Positions 37,965 through 53,435 are shown, counted from the first letter of the whole stretch. The stretch is DNA of 62,733 nt, filler included, from Trichosphaerium sp. ATCC 40318 (GCA_038496445.1; 3 parts of 3 records of this genome joined end to end with filler, not necessarily neighbours in it); one strand, 5' to 3'. Program-made: numbers and translations. The notes: generated by a model from the letters alone, not told the origin.

Positions 37965-40761
37965 ATGGCTGTTTGTTTAGTAGACGCCATTCGCGCGAGA
38001 GAAGGCACGGGATTTTTTTTTTAAACGTACCAAATGCGCTAAATACATTTTAGGGCAACCCCTTCGACGTTCTAAGAAGGGCTCGAAACGTTTCAGAAGT
38101 TTTGGTGCCAATTCAGCCAAGGTGTGGCAAAAACGTATCAGCGGGAATAAAAATCTGGTTCGCCGTTTGGGTGTGGATACTGTGTTTTGTGCGTACAAAT
38201 TTGAACGATGAAAAAAGAAAAATTATCAATAAAAATTCGTTTTATTGTGCTCTCTTGAGTATTCTACGCTCTAGTACTCAACGAATCGAGCGTAAAAAGT
38301 GAAATTCGACGATATTTTATTTTGAGCAAAACCTGGTTCCGTTAGCACTATCAGGAACTAACGTTTGCGCGTAGATGGCCATAATGGCAGTGTAAATAGT
38401 GTAAATTGGGATATACAAGGTAACTGCCTGCTCTCGGCTGGTGACGACTGTACAGTAACGTTTTGGGATGTAAATAGACAATACAACAAGGCCTTTGATT
38501 CAGGGCACACGGCACCCATCCTTTGGTACGTGGTAACAAAAAAAACTATCCAAACCGCGACACTATGTCATACATTACGCAACAGAACTGATTTTAGAAA
38601 CAACCAACTCGTTGTGGTCTTGTGATGTGTTCAACAAATTTTATTATTTTATTTTCTATTCGGGCGCGCTGTACAAACAGTTGTGGTCATAAATTCGCGT
38701 TACTTACAACTGTTTTTTTTATAGGGCCACTTTTATGCCGTTTACTCCAGAATGTGTTGTCACTTGTGGGATGGATAGAGATGTGCGCGTATCGCATTTA
38801 GAAACGCAAGTCGCTTGCGTAAAGGTATGAGACGCACAGAAAACTTGGTTACCAATTGCGGAGATTTGACGGAAAACTGAGATAATTTACTAAATTCAGT
38901 GAAGTATTGTAAACATGCAACTTACTCTTTTGTTGTAGCCTTTCCGTTATCACACTGGCACTGTATCAAAAGTAGTGTTTCAGCCAGGAAGCGCATCTGT
39001 ACTATATTCATGTAGCCTGGTATGTTCAATTAGCGAAATCAGTTTTGACGCCATTGTTTGTTTTTCATTTTGTATTTTTGACTGCTTTATTAATATTGAC
39101 GCGCTAAAGGATGGCACTATTAAATTATGGGATTTGCGAGAAAAGTCAGTAAAACCTAAACCACTTGTGCATTTACAAAGAGAGTCAAAACGGACCTGGA
39201 AGCCAAAGTGCGCTTTTTTATAAACACAGGATGCTTACTATTGCTTTCACTTAGAAATGGCGTACAGATTCAAACTGTTGCACGTACTAAAATAGAGATA
39301 TCTAGTGTTGCTATCAACCCACAACGCACGCATGAATTTGCTGCAGGTTGCGCAGATGGAGTACTTCGAATATATGACGCAAGGTACGTGTTAGCGCTTT
39401 AGCTAAACTGGAAAGTATTTTTTTTTTCGTTTTTCTTGTCTCGCAGGTTTGTACACTTTACAATTTCTATATCGCTTACGAGACTTCAGAAAAGCTCCAT
39501 CAGATAGTAGCGAGACTCTAGAGCCCGTTCACTTATTTTTTCCATCACCTGTGGCTTCTCAGTCAACTTTTCCATTCAGAAATTACATCAGTGGCGTATC
39601 TTATAATCACAGTGGCTCCAGGATCCTCGCAAGCTATTCAGGTACATCTCGCTATAATATTGACCGCGAGGCATAGTGGTTTTAGTGCACAACAATTTTC
39701 TACTAGTTAACATTCCTTTGTGGTAAAAACAAAACCAAAACTTATCTTCATTTCTAGCACACGATATTTATATGTTTTCAACACAAGATGATTCTAAGCC
39801 AATGGCTGGTGTGCAATATAAATCTACACAGCACATGAACACACCTCCTGGTTCTCCAACACGTAAACGCAAGCGCAGCGATATTGAAGGACAAGATGAA
39901 CAAGATGAAGATGCACGCGCTAAGCGTAGACGGTTTACAGAGCAGATAGGGTTAAACTTGGCATCTATTTTCACAAATGTCAGAAACCTGTTGCGCTCAA
40001 TGCACTCCTCCCCAAGTGCACAACAACAAGAACAACAAGAAAACGCTCTTGTTACAGATGAGCCAACAATGGTGCCCCAACCTACAATACACCAAACGCC
40101 TGCAACAGTAGCAAGTCATGAAATGCTGTACGTACTCTTTATTAAACTGTTAGCAAATCTAATGGGTTTTTTAGCGAAGAAACATTTACTCAATTGAATG
40201 TAGATGACTTAACAGAATTTTGGCGGACGGCATTATGCGGTACATACACCATATGATGATGTAACAATATTCGCTGACTATTGAGAGTAGAAGAAGAAGG
40301 AAAGACAGCTGATAATAGTTTTACACAACGGTTTAGAGGACATCAAAATTTTATTACATCAAAAGAAGTTTCCTTTTTTGGTACAGAATCGGAGTATGTT
40401 ATAACTGGGTCTGAAGATGGGCTAATATTCATCTGGGAAGCAGAAACTGGAGAAATACTAAACATATTACAAGGTAATTGTAGAGTGTTTACTTTGTCAT
40501 TTTTATTTACTGTTTCTGATAGGAGACAAAGAGCTCGTTCACTCTGTTCAAGGGCACCCACAAACTGTTATGCTTGCTTCAAGCGGCTATGACGGAACTG
40601 TCAAATTATGGACACCTGTGCTTCCGGAAGCAGTGCCACCTACATCGTTTGATAATATCATTCGCCACAACATTGCTGAAGTTGAAAATACTTTAAAACA
40701 CCGAGGACCATCACGCATCCACGTTGACATTGTCACAGATAGTACGCGCTTGCACTACTAA
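37965..40761 (+). CDS. WD40 protein, DCAF8/DCAF6/WDTC1-like, multi-exon
   Basis: GHNGSVNSVNW...LLSAGDDCTVTFWD, VVTCGMDRDVRV, DGTIKLWDLRE, FAAGCADGVLRIYDAR, FRGHQNFITSKEVSFFGTESEYVITGSEDGLIFIWE, LASSGYDGTVKLWTP. Confidence 0.8.
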
Positions 40762-40929
40762 ATACCTTTCTTACGAGTTCTTGTAGTTGGTGATTGTTAG
40801 GCAGTCGGGTCTGTCACACATTGTACTACTAGTGGTTTTTATGAAGCATTCTGATTTGAACAAAAAAAAAAACTTCACAAAAAATAAAAACTATTCACGT
40901 GTAAAATAAGCAGTTCGTCATATTTTGTT

Positions 40930-43900
40930 TTATTTTACAGGGGATGAAACCAAGAAAGACTCCAATGTCCGTTGTGGTTGTGGTACTGGCTTTGGAGCCA
41001 ATAATGGCGCAACTGACATGATCACAGGCTTTGGTAGAGGCTCTGGTGGATCCACTGACGCCACTGCCGGTTGCTCATCTTTGGGCTGGACCACTTCTTC
41101 CATCTCCTTGATTTGGTTGTTGTTTTTCTCTTCGGGTGCCAGTATGTACACGTGATTGTAGCCAAAGAAGTTGCGTATAAGTACAATATCATCATAAGTG
41201 AGTCCAGTGCGACGTGGGAGCTGACTGCGACGCCTATTGGAATATTGAGGTTTCAGAAAATGATTGCAAAAGTTTACCTTCGTTTTTTTGACGTTTTGGC
41301 GTTGTGTTCATCACTGCGGCACATTCTACCAAAAAACGGCATGACTTGAGTCATTAATATACTCTTGTCGATTACGTTAGGCGATAGTAACATGCCACAA
41401 TCAAGTATATCTCCATGACTGCTGAGCGTAGGGAAATGTTCATAGTGTACAGGTAATGTTGCTAAGGCATGTGGATCTGCTTTCTTGGGTGTATGTTCAC
41501 GTAAGGACCGTTGAATGATTTCATTTGTGTTATCATTAAATGGAAGAATATCGACAAGAGACAGCTCATCGGCTAGTGAAGCTATTGCATCCAACTCATT
41601 CTATTCAAACTTGAGTTAGCATAATTGGTTTGGAATCAATTAGTATCACACCTTTACCGGTTCTGCCACGCCAGGCTGGTACAATTGTAGCCATTGTCTG
41701 TGCACTATATCAATAGAATCTATTTCTTCACCTTGCATTAGTGCATCCCATATAGAGTTCTGAAACCTGCTAAGGTGAGGATACTGTAAGTCTAAAATAT
41801 TCACATTTCTATTGCGGAAAGACCCTCCCGTGCAATGAAGGTGAAGTTGATTCACGGCCCATCTAATATCTACAAGAAATTGATTATTAAGAATAAATTT
41901 TAAAGCGTTACAAGTGTACCTCCTTTACAGGCTTTTGCTAATTGAAGAAGAAGTGATGGCGAAATGTTATTAAGCAATAAGTTATCATCAATAGCATGTA
42001 ATATATAAGTAAATGTATGCACCAAGAGACGGATATCTGCAAACCTTGTACTTATACAAACAGGCATGGTAGGTAAAGCAACTTTGAACCCATCTATAAA
42101 CAACATTAACAACAGCAAAAAGTTCTTTTCCCCGAAAGAATCTACGTACTATTTGCAGTCAGGATAATTGGTTCCTTTGAACTACTCAATAGATAGCTAA
42201 CAGCAGAGTAAAAACCTTTATCATGGAAAGACAATAAATCCGCTTCGTCAATGAGGATGACCTTTGTACATCCAGGGCCTTTTGGTTTCTTTGGTTTAAC
42301 ATTTTTTGCATTCTTTGATCTTCGCTTTGATTTTTTGCTATTCGTTTCTTTAACCTTGAAGAAATTTGCCGCTGCTGATGGTTTCTTCTAGTAGAGTGTT
42401 AGATTCTTCTAGGCCACTTACTATGGTATGTACAAGACGGTTCAAAGAAACATTGAAATAGAAAAATATCACGTGCCTCAAATTTTATATGCTTTGACTG
42501 CGTTGCTTCTCCAAATACGGACAAGATATCCTTCCTCATGCGAGGACAAGACGCATTTACTTCCATAATGTTAATACCTAATTCTTTGGCTATAGCATAA
42601 ACAAGCGCTGTTTTACCAGAACCAACTGGCCCTGACACCATAACAGACTTTTCTGGAGGTTCCTGAAATAACAGTTAACAATTGATTACTCCATAAACTT
42701 ATATTGTAGCTGTACCTGTCTTCTTGAACGACCCTTTTTGAAATTTTGCCACTCTGTCAACCACTGCCTAATAAACGTAGCAGGCTTTTCAGTTGGTGAG
42801 ACAAAGTGGTTGTGACTAGTAGGCTTAAACACTGAACTCCACACATCAGTACCCCAACCCTTGCAACCTTAACTGTGTCATGAGCAAGCCAAAGAGAATC
42901 ATACGCACCCTTGTAGTGAGAGTATAACTCATCGTAAGGTAGTTTTGTAGCACTACTATCTTCTTCACTTGATGATTCAGAATCCTATTAACAAGGGAGT
43001 TAATACCACGTGAACTATTACTCGCTGTGAAAAAAAAGAAAGCTTACACTATCGTTTTCTGTTGCTGGTTTTGGAGGCGGAGGATCATCCACATCACACA
43101 AACGCTGAAGTTCTTCTACATATCCTTCTATAGACGAATACGTGTCATGAGAATTAGAGCTTGAGGCGGACATAGAAGAAATTCCTTGAGGCATTCTACG
43201 AGCGGCCATCTTGTTAAAACCACGCATTGGGTACTCGTAAATATCATCATCGCTATCGCAAGACATACTATCGATTTCTTGCATAAAATCGCAACAAGAT
43301 TCACGTGTTGTCGAGCAGTATTGGGTCACATGAGACAACTTTGGAAAAGTAGGAAGATTGCATCCATAGTCAGGCGGAAACACGATCTTCGGCGCATCAT
43401 CTATTAGTGTATAAGTTAGTCTTTATTAGCACAACCATTGAAACGCACCCTTCTCATCACTGCTTAAAGCAGCTGGTTTTCTAGGCAACAAGAATGGATT
43501 TGCTTCCTTTCCTTCCGAGAAAATACGATCAGTCTCTCGTCGCTGCTCTTTTTGTGCAACAAGCTGTTTTTTCCTCTCTTCTGCCATGAACGCCTTCTTC
43601 TCACTGGGTCGCATAAAAAAAGGTGATTTCGGACCTCGAAGAGCGTTAGCGGGACAAATTCATACCAGGAAATAAACTAAATGCAACGCACGTGCAAAAA
43701 AAAAAAATTGTTAAATTACACGCTACGTACTGCCTTCCTTGAGCATGTTTGGATCTCCTTCTAATCGTAGCATTTTAGCCACTCTCGGTTTGGGCTTTGT
43801 AGGCTCAAAAAATTGTTGTAGCTTCATGTTAGGAGACACTGATTGTTTGCGTTTTTTCGGAGAACGTATCGTTCTCTTTTTAACAGATTTTTTAGCTTTT

Positions 43901-44430
43901 AAACTTGGTTTAGGTAAAGCTGTCTTTCCAAAAACCTGTTGTTGCACACGCGATTTCTTCGGCGAGCGGCATTTCAAGCGACTGGCAATAGTGCCTAATT
44001 AATAGCCAGTTAATTACATTGACATTTTAATAGCGTAGTACGATCAACATACCCATGTTTGAGGCGCATGGAGCACTTTCGGAGGGGCGAGTATTTGTAG
44101 TTTCTATCAAAGGCTTATTGTTGGTTTTCTGCTTCTTACGCTTAGGAGCGCTCTTGTGGTGTGCGCTAGAGTCTGTTTGTTTCCGTTTTTGAGCAGAGCC
44201 CTTGTCTCTTGTTGACAACCATCCTGTAGCTGTGGGACTACACGATTTAGACGCTGAAAGCGGTTGTCCGCTGTTCTTTTGAAGTCGTTTGGAGCGTCGC
44301 TTTTGTACAGGTTGAAAATCCTCCATTGAGTCGGTTAGAGATCTGCGACGTTCCATCAATGCCCCAGGTAGATAAATAACGCTTGATTACAAATAACGGC
44401 TAGTGTTTGAAACTGGGCGGTAATGTAATG
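40930..44430 (-). CDS. ATAD5: ATAD5/Elg1-like RFC alternative large subunit; 5' end approximate
   Basis: Walker A SGPVGSGKT-ALVYAIAKELGINIMEVNASCPR, FGEATQS, Walker B ILIDEAD...DKGFYSAV...SKEPIILTAN; long Lys-rich disordered N-terminus; ELSLVD. Confidence 0.8.
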
Positions 44431-45348
44431 CACCTAGCACCAGTGCTAATTGATCAGAGTTGAAAAGAAGTACACGAGGGAAAGTGTAAGTTGGCTTAAA
44501 GCCTTTTAGCACAACTTGGTCAATACTCTCGTTTAGATTCAACAAACAACGCTTATTATGAATTCAATTACATTTGATCCACGTCTAAAGACCATTCTGT
44601 CAATTAATGGCGGCCTTACGCTTCTTTGGGGCGGATTAGCTCTATTTGCTCCGAAAATCATTCTAGAGGCCATTCACTCAACTGCCTGTGCGTCAAATGC
44701 TATTTGCCACCCCTAAATAAAATAACTTACAATTCTTCTTAGCCGCTGCTGAGGTGTCCCTTTTTCAGGTGCGAACGCCGTGTACATAGGGCATTAAAAC
44801 TAAACTCAACCATTTTCTTTTTTGTTTGACATCCATCAGGGAAGCGCTGGGCTATTGGTAACACTAGGTATGGTCTCATACGCAAGCAACGAAACCGACA
44901 GAAATCAACAAACGGCACGTTGTTTGTATATTTGTATTTTTTCATATGTGCGCTACTTTGGCCTAACTAGAGTCCTTCTAGGCCATCACAAAATGTTTGG
45001 CTGTAAGCAACATTGTAAACATGGGCATTTATTTGTTCCAACACGACCTCTTTGCAGCAAAAGATATGACTCATGTTTTGTTGGGTGCACTTCCTCATGC
45101 ACTCCTCGGTCTAATGAACATGTACTACGGTTGGATGTATCAAACAAAGGCTTGAATTGTTTTACTTGCGATGTGACGGAGATATTTATTAGATATTTAT
45201 TTATCTCCGTCACGTGACACAATTGAGATGCACTAAATAAAAAAAAGTCCAAAGAAAAAAAAATTTATCACTACTGAGTTCACATACAACAAAGACCATT
45301 ATGTATAATACAGTGGATCTGGCAGACACCGTCTGTTATTAGTTTTTT

Positions 45349-48300
45349 TTATTCACGATCTTGATAACGATCGTTTTGTCTTCTCCTTGAGACTTGCTCT
45401 CGCTTATTAGCCATCTGCCGCTTAGATTGCCTGTTCCATTTCATTAAATGCTCAAAAGCTTTAGCTTTGCTATTTTCCTGAGCTTCTTTAAATTCATGGA
45501 TGTGCTTGTCCTCTTGAACAAGTGGAGCAACTTGTAACACTGTCTTTGGATTGTGTGGTTGTCGTTCTTTCTCTACAAACTCTAAAATGCACGTGTTAGT
45601 CAATCATACAATGTTTAAGATTTTTCCCCTTGTTACCTTGTTCGTCGGGCCATATGTCATCTCTGATTTTGTGTTTACTCTCTGAGGTCCATGCATTTTT
45701 GAACTTTCCAGAAGTCTCTTTTGGACTCATAGGTTGAAACTGGAGCTTCACCTTCTTCTCTTTGCTATCAACAAAAAAGTATCCACCGAATCTCTTTCCA
45801 TTAGCGGATCTCAAACCACCAACATGCTCAGACCTCTTGTCATAAAAAATATCATCTGCCATGTCCTAATACGGAGTTATTAAAGGCGTACTTCCAAGAG
45901 TGAGCTACTAATAATCAAGCATAACATGTTTTATAAATAATCTTTGTGAAGTGGTCACACAAAAATATCTTTTCAACAAACCTTAGATATTGTGTATCCG
46001 TATTGATACTTCATAAAGTAGAAATCGCATCCAGGGACATTGCAATAGTATGATTTTTTACCAACACCAATTTCGCATTGCTCTAGAGGTAGATATTTTG
46101 AGTACACTACATTGAAGCTAACACTTACCTTCACAGTCTGAACTTATTTTAGACTTATTAGTGCGCTCTCTCTTCGTTTGTAATGGAGTGAATTCTCCAA
46201 GCTCTATTGGATTAGAGTTGAACGTTGTGATACTATCCTGTATAACAGTAAGAACAGTAATATTTGTGGAAACACAAATTAAAAAGAACCTTTATCCACT
46301 GGCGGTAATCATCCAGCACTTCCTCTGATTTCGCTGCACCAGCCATCACTGCTTTCAATTTGTCTTCCAAAACACCTACTTGTTCAACATCGACAACATC
46401 CACCTATCGGATGTAAGCTTAGTAACTTTTTATAGATGTAAAAACGGTGACAGCGTACATGTTGAAGGAGTTCGTTCATTTTGTTACCCTTGTGTGTAGG
46501 TACAAACCCTTCAAGTGTACGCTTTATGTAACCTTCATGTAATAATCTATTAACTATCTCTACGCGAGATGCAGGAGTGCCAAGACCTGTACAAAGTTAA
46601 CATAGAAACCCGAGTATTCACTTACCTTTTTGCTCAACAAAATCTTCTTCACTATCTTTAGCATACGTTTGCATTGCTGTTATGATAGTGGCATCATTAT
46701 ACAATCCAGGAACCGATGTTTCACGAGTCTTTTGTGATAATTAGCACAAGTAAATACCCTTGACAATACAACAAAACGCAAGAACGTACTACTGTCCTTG
46801 GAGGGATTTTGAGTTCAACAGCATCTCCTTCCGTCAGTAATGGCAGAAAATCTTCTAACAAACAATCAATAAACGTACTTTTATAAAATCATTGCATACC
46901 TGGGTCTGTATCTACACTGTTACCATCCATAGCACGCCACCCAGGATATATTTCAAACACCTTCTCTTTTACAAATACAAATTCATCATTGCTAACAATC
47001 TCTAAACGTTCATGCGTCTCTTGTGCGGCTGGCATAAATGCAGCTGTGAAACAAAAGTTAAATCTCTTGTAGTGTTGACATGGAGTACCTATAAATCGTT
47101 GCATAATAGCGCCAAACACTACCTTCTCTGCCTTGGTAAGAGCACGAAAAGTTCTTTTATAGTCATCCCGCAATATTGGTATGATAGCATGTAGGTCATC
47201 CTTTCCTTGAACATCGCTAAATACGCGCAGATTATCTTTATTTACAGTTGTTGCGGTTCGGTTTAGCTTCTTGAGGTTCTTTGCGTTTCTAGAGGAAAAA
47301 GATAAGTACAACTAGCTGTTTGCAAAAGTAAGGTGCATCACTTACTTTAGAGTCTCTCGTATAGTATTGGTAAGCGTCAAAGGCAAATGTCGTGACGTTG
47401 TAAAAGGAAACGTGATTAGCCCACAGGAGTAGAGTTTCTACCGAGACTAGTAAGAACGATAACCTTAAAGGTGACTATCATGTCATGTCATTTATGTACC
47501 TTTAGTACTGCTCTAGTTTGGCTCAGTGTATACCGATACTTATTATACATTGACTTTTGTAGTTGTGCAAGATCAAACAGCAATGGCGGTTGAACAAGCT
47601 TTGGAAACATGATGTGTTAGGAAGATCATACATGATATATTCTATACTTACAGTTTTAACAATCTTAAATTCCTTTACAGTGGCATCAGCTACAACTTTG
47701 TTAACTCACTACAGAATACAACTACGCAACCTTTAATTCCTGCTTGAACTTCGAAAAGTTCGTTAGTGTCAAACACTCGACCTTTTGTCTCAATATCACC
47801 CACACGGCCTTCATACCGTAGTGGAATGGTATTATCATCTATCTTTGCTTTGACCCAAACCTCGGCATATTTCTCCTGTGTCAAGACAATTAATACCTCT
47901 ATCACAACTGATCCAAACTATTCCTACGCACAGGCTTTGCATTTTCGGTTTCTTGAAACCTCTTGGTGATAAGGTGTAATACAACTGCTTCAATTCTACC
48001 TATGCACAAGATAAGTTTTTTACAACAAGAAGAAACAGAGATTCTCGTTGAAGTACCTATAGGACATGCTCCACCGTTACGTTCCTGCCAATACGACGAG
48101 CAAAGCTCAGAAAAGTTAAAAAAAGCTAGCCAGTCCATTTCTCGGGCGGTTTTGCCAAACGAATACAAGTCAGGTCGCTCTTTGTCCAAAATAAAACTAA
48201 CAGACTCAGTTTAGCAAAAAAAAAGGTTTTTCCAAAAATCAAACCTATTCAAAGTGCCCTTCTTTGGTGCAAGTGAAGTAAGCCAAAGTCTCTTGGATTT

Positions 48301-48426
48301 TTGCAAGTCTTTATCAAGGCTAAAAAAATCTCTAAAATATATCTCGCCTTGTTCTGTAGGTTCAAATGCGTTCAAAATCTCTAACTCAAAAATTAATAAT
48401 ATTTTATTTAATTTAAAACGTGTCAC
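45349..48426 (-). CDS. Hypothetical multi-exon protein (possibly degenerate)
   Basis: Chain of same-strand ORFs (48211-48426, 47902-48189, 47690-47905, 46889-47311, 45596-45862, 45349-45603) with splice-like junctions; a Cys pair YYCNVPGCDF near 46030; no family recognised. Confidence 0.45.
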
Positions 48427-48555
48427 AATGTGTCAAAAAAAAATTTCAAAGGTAAACGTTATCTAGGTCGTACCCTTTGACTTTTGACCAAACGCGTGGA
48501 GAAGTAAAGCTTCATCAGCATACTTACGCTACAAACTCGGTTAACTTTGTACAAT

Positions 48556-48990
48556 TAAATTGCAAGGCCAAGGCGTACTGGGAAGGTTGGCGTAAGTCTA
48601 GGTGGCAATGCTGGAATGCCTGGTTGGTCTACCGTGTCCATTATATCCAATGAAGCACTTGCATTGGTCCAAAACACGACATCCTATTAATAATACGATT
48701 TTAGCGTCATTTGGATGTGTTTTGAGAATAAAACGAAGAAACGTACGGAAGGCGATTCTTGTGATGCGTAAAACCCTGTAGCGCGTTTTTTTGTATCTAC
48801 AGGTAGGTCCAATGCTCTTGCAATAGCTGTTGCTTCCTCTGATATTGTTTATAATTTATTTACGCTAAAGAACAAGTGTACCTTGAGAATGAGTGACGAA
48901 TAGGCGTAAGTTGGGCTCCTTTACTTCTTTTAATAATTCTTTTGCACTAGATTCTACTTCATCCATCGCAGCATCATTTGTATACGCGTG
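48556..48990 (-). CDS. Hypothetical small multi-exon gene (3' exons)
   Basis: Manual splice gives AAMDEVESSAKELLKEVKEPNLRLFVTHSQ / EATAIARALDLPVDTKKRATGFYASQESPS / DVVFWTNASASLDIMDTVDQPGIPALPPRLTPTFPVRLGLAI*. Confidence 0.4.
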
Positions 48991-49884
48991 AGTTTCATAA
49001 GATGAGCTGGCGCGTTTTACATTGCGTACAGAAGCCTATGTGTTTATTTGTTAATACAAGGCTATTATAACACGCAATGGGTGCCTTCCGTTGATTAGAA
49101 CGCGTAGTTTTCAATTTGAGAAAGCTGCGTGAGTTCCAAGCCGCTATCGGGCTTAAACCACGATGACACTTGCAAAACATCGCCAAGATGTACTTTATTT
49201 GTACTTGTATGACACGATTAAGTTTTGACTAGATAATTCTGTCTGTGACAATTGTATTTTATTTACGTTACGCCGTAGTTGCACTATTGTATAATTCATA
49301 AACAACGAAGGATGTCAAAGCAGAGACAAATCACATTTGTCTGCTCCGGTGATCACAGCGTATTTTTCGGTCTTGTTTCATGCGTCTACAACGCTTGTGG
49401 CGCATATGAGCAATCCCAATACAAAGAAGCAAAACAGAGGGTCTATAAGGGTTAAGGTTTGCTTTTCTTACAACTGCCATTGGTATTGTATTCTCATAAG
49501 CGCTAGAACCTCGCAAAGCGCGTAGGACAAGTCAGTAACAAGAGATTACGCCAAACTATTGGCAGAGTAAAAGGAACAAAAACAGCTAAAGAAGCAGAGT
49601 CTCCTCGTACGTTTAAAAACACAGCACAAAATTATAATCACGGAAATTCAAAAAAACCAGTTTGAACCACCACGTTTCGTCACAACGATCAAAAATCAAT
49701 GGTTGTAACAACTCTACCAAGTCACTTATGTTAAACATTGTCTTTTCTGCACATCGTGTTTGGAGAAATACCGAGATTGTTTCTTGAAGTCATTTTTCTT
49801 TTATTTTACGATCATAGTATTCTAACAGAGTTCATTTAAGCGCGACCGAACACCTCTCAAGATTTCATCCGTATTTACTTACCT

Positions 49885-52800
49885 AATGCGCAACAACAAG
49901 TCGTATTGTTTAAACCACATCTAGTACTACGACAAGTACTAGAGAGGGTATGTGCGCTACGGTATGTAACATAAAAACAAAGTAATTTTATTTTTTTTGT
50001 ACTGGGCCAAGTTTTTTTTGTGTCCACGTGATTTTAGCCTTTAATACTCAAACACGTAAATTTGGTTCTGAAAAAGGCCGTTTAGTGAAAATTGATAAAT
50101 TTTTTAGGCGTGATATAGAGATAGACGCTTTCATACCACTTGACGCTGAAACAAAAGAAGAGCTTGATCTTGAAAAGACTTTAGGCGATTTGAACACTTA
50201 CGAAATCAATTTTTCAACTCCAAGAGGTAAAGTCTAATTTATCACGTGCTTGTATTTGTCACAACCTTATTAATTATCGTATAGAGATTCCTAAGACAAA
50301 TGTACCAGTTGCAGTGAAACATAATCGGACTAGTAGTGATGTCTCATCATGGAGCGTTAGCTCATTCAATCGCAAGTGAGTTGACATAGTATTTAAATAA
50401 CAATTTTTGTTAATCAGTTCCTGTAGGGCCACTGGTTCTGGAAGTTATGCAACACTAAAGACTAGTAAACAAGCGCATAGAGCAACGCTTACTGACAACT
50501 CATTCAACAAGGTACATCATCTATGCAACTAACGTTTATGCTAAGCATAAAAAGGTTGGTGGTCTGCTAGAGGCTGTAAGAAACGGAACAATAGATGATG
50601 TTACAGCAGTCGTTGCTTTACGACCCGGTGATGTAAATACGACTTCTGGAGTCGATGGTGTAACACCGCTATTGGCGTGTGTATCCACACATGAGGCACA
50701 CGAACCATTATAACTTAAAATACTTATTATATTGTAGCGGCGTTTGGCAAAAGCGATTGTTCTTTTAGAGGCTGGTGCTGATCCTACAAAAGTACCTGCA
50801 TCTGGACACACGCCACTTCACTATTTAATTTTATTCACAAACGTTGAGATAACGCTTACGTTCATACTACAATTTTTAAAGGTATGTTTCATGGAAACAA
50901 ATAAATGAACTTACAAGAAAAACAAAATTAGGTTTTCGCTTTGTTGCTGCGTGGTGGATTAGATATAAACACAGGCACAACAACGAGTGATGAGAAACCT
51001 ATTCACCAAGCTGCTCACGTGGGATGTCCTTTATTCGTTATGCAATTATTACTTAAAAATGGAGCAGACCCAAACGCCCACACCAAGTATGATATTTTAA
51101 GCCATGTATTTAAAAAAAAAAACTAAAACTTTTTTTACAGGCAAGGTAAAACTGTTTTACATCGGGCGATACAAAATAACTTGATGGATCATACTAAACT
51201 TCTTCTAAAAAATGGAGCCAACCCATTTACTACTTTTGAAGGAGAGCTAGGTAAGACATTAACTTTTGATTTGTTTGACACAATTTTTCATTGTTTTTTA
51301 TCTTCTCATTTCTCTGAACTTCTTTTTGCATGTGTTTTCTTACATCTCGCTGAGGCAAATCTGATTCTGCGTTGGACCTTGCAAAGAGTTTACACCTCAA
51401 CGATTTTGTACAATGCTTGAATTCTGGAGGAAAAGCTGGACAACCAGGCATACCACCAACAGTAGAAGAGGATCAAAGTTCCAATACTTCAGATCGTAAC
51501 AGCTCTGTATCATCTGCTGTAAGTATTGGAACTTTTATGCATTCTAGTTTTCTTTTATCTCAACTACAATCTAGAGCGCTGAAGACCAAAAAGAGCAGAG
51601 TGCTGATCATTTGCCACCACCTCCCGGAAAACCAGCACCAAACCCTCTTTTGTATGATCTAGATTGCTCGAAATATTTCCCTTACAAATACAATACTAGG
51701 CGATCTGTCACTGCACCATCAATAGAAAAACCAAGGAGAGTTGGTGTACAAAGACCAACAAAATCAGTGCCAAGTATTCCACTCAACGTACGCCTGAAAT
51801 ACTAAGTCGATAAATAAATTGCAAAACTTAATAATCACTGCTATAGCCTGCACCACGTCCACCCATGCCCAAGAATGGTGTACCTACATTGATGATTCCT
51901 GTCAATCCACCTAAGCTCAAGAAACCAAGCAATCAGGTTGTAGGAAATGGCAGGTACCAAGCTTACTTGTATTCCTAAACCCGTTTGTCGTGCTCACCCC
52001 AAATAGTTCTTCACCTAAAACAGCTCCACCTTCTCGTCCAAAAGGTGCACCGCCTATTCCTAACACCCCTCCACCTTCAGTAGTTCCTGCAACTCCACCC
52101 AAACGATCGGCAACTGTTACAAACCTACCACCAAGCTATTCTCCAAAGAAACCTAATCTTCCACCTATGAGGCGTATAAACAGTACAACACAGGTTGTCC
52201 AGCAAAAAATACCTCTGCCTCTCATGAGAGGTTCTCCTCCAATGATACGCATGAATAGCACAACACAAGTAGGCATAAATAGAGCAAACGATAATAACGC
52301 TACCAATCCAGAGTTCGAAACTTTAAGGAGACTTGGCTCTAAGCTTCTAGCGTAAGATTTTATTTTGTTTGAGTACATTTTTCTTACAAAAAAAAAAGGT
52401 CACAGGTTGAGGCTGAGAAACCAAAAGAAGATGAATTGTACTTGGTTTATCTAGAGATTTATAACTACTTTAAAGGTTATGTACACAAACTGGAGATACT
52501 TCTAGTGGTACGGTTTTCTAACAAGTTGAAAATTAAAAAACAAAACCATCATGCTTTTGTAACACGTGCCTTGACTTATTAGTGTAGAGATACTTTTTGG
52601 CGCTTAAAGGTGATAAAAAGAATGGCTTGAGTAATGAGGCGCTAGACCAAATATTTGGTAATATACACAGTATTTATAGTAGTACAAAACAAGTCTGGGT
52701 ACACCTCAAACACACAGAAACCAAATTTCTAAAGTCGTTTTCTAAAGGTAAAACTTGAAGATCATGTTCAACACCATGGATTCTCAAGATGTCTTGCCGA

Positions 52801-53435
52801 GGTTTTTAACAAAGAATTGGATTACTTACTCACATATGGGCCATTCTTAGACCAAGACGTTCGTACTTAATCTATCAGCTTTCTTTGACTTATTTTCATG
52901 TAGAACTACTTGGAATCACAGCATGTTTTAAAGCAATGTCGTTTGCAAAATAGAGTATTGGATAAGGACTTGAGGGTACCTTGAATTCATAACACTTTTA
53001 CATTGATTCCTAATATGCCACTTAGAGGATTGAGAAATTTGAGTCTCAAGCGTGGAAAGCACTAAACTCTTCAACATCAAAAGATAGGATAGATCTTTCC
53101 GTTGAAAGTTTACTTTCAGCTCCAGTATGAACACAGCTTACTAATATATTCTAATTCAGTGTTAATACTTTTATAAGGTGCAGCATGGACCAAAGATAAT
53201 ATTGCTCCACAAGGTTAGTTGAACTTGATAATTTTTTTTTGTCAATTTTTTTTAACAACTCTCAGCAAATGCTTAAAAGTCAGCCCGAAGACTCCACATA
53301 CAGAAATTTAATAGAGGATTGCCTATCTACACTTGATAGTAATATGGTAAAAACAACAAACATGTTCGTAAAGGAGCGGAATAGACAGAAAGTCGTTACA
53401 ATATCCCAGACAGTAAAGAAAGCAGAATTTTTGGT
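49885..53435 (+). CDS. Ankyrin-repeat, proline-rich, DH (RhoGEF) domain protein; truncated at the gap, start approximate
   Basis: Ankyrin motifs GHTPLHY, KPIHQAAHVG...LLLKNGADPN, GKTVLHRA; Pro-rich 51610-52250; DH-like GYVHKLEIL, LDQIFGNIHSIY, YGPFL, QMLKSQPEDS. Confidence 0.7.
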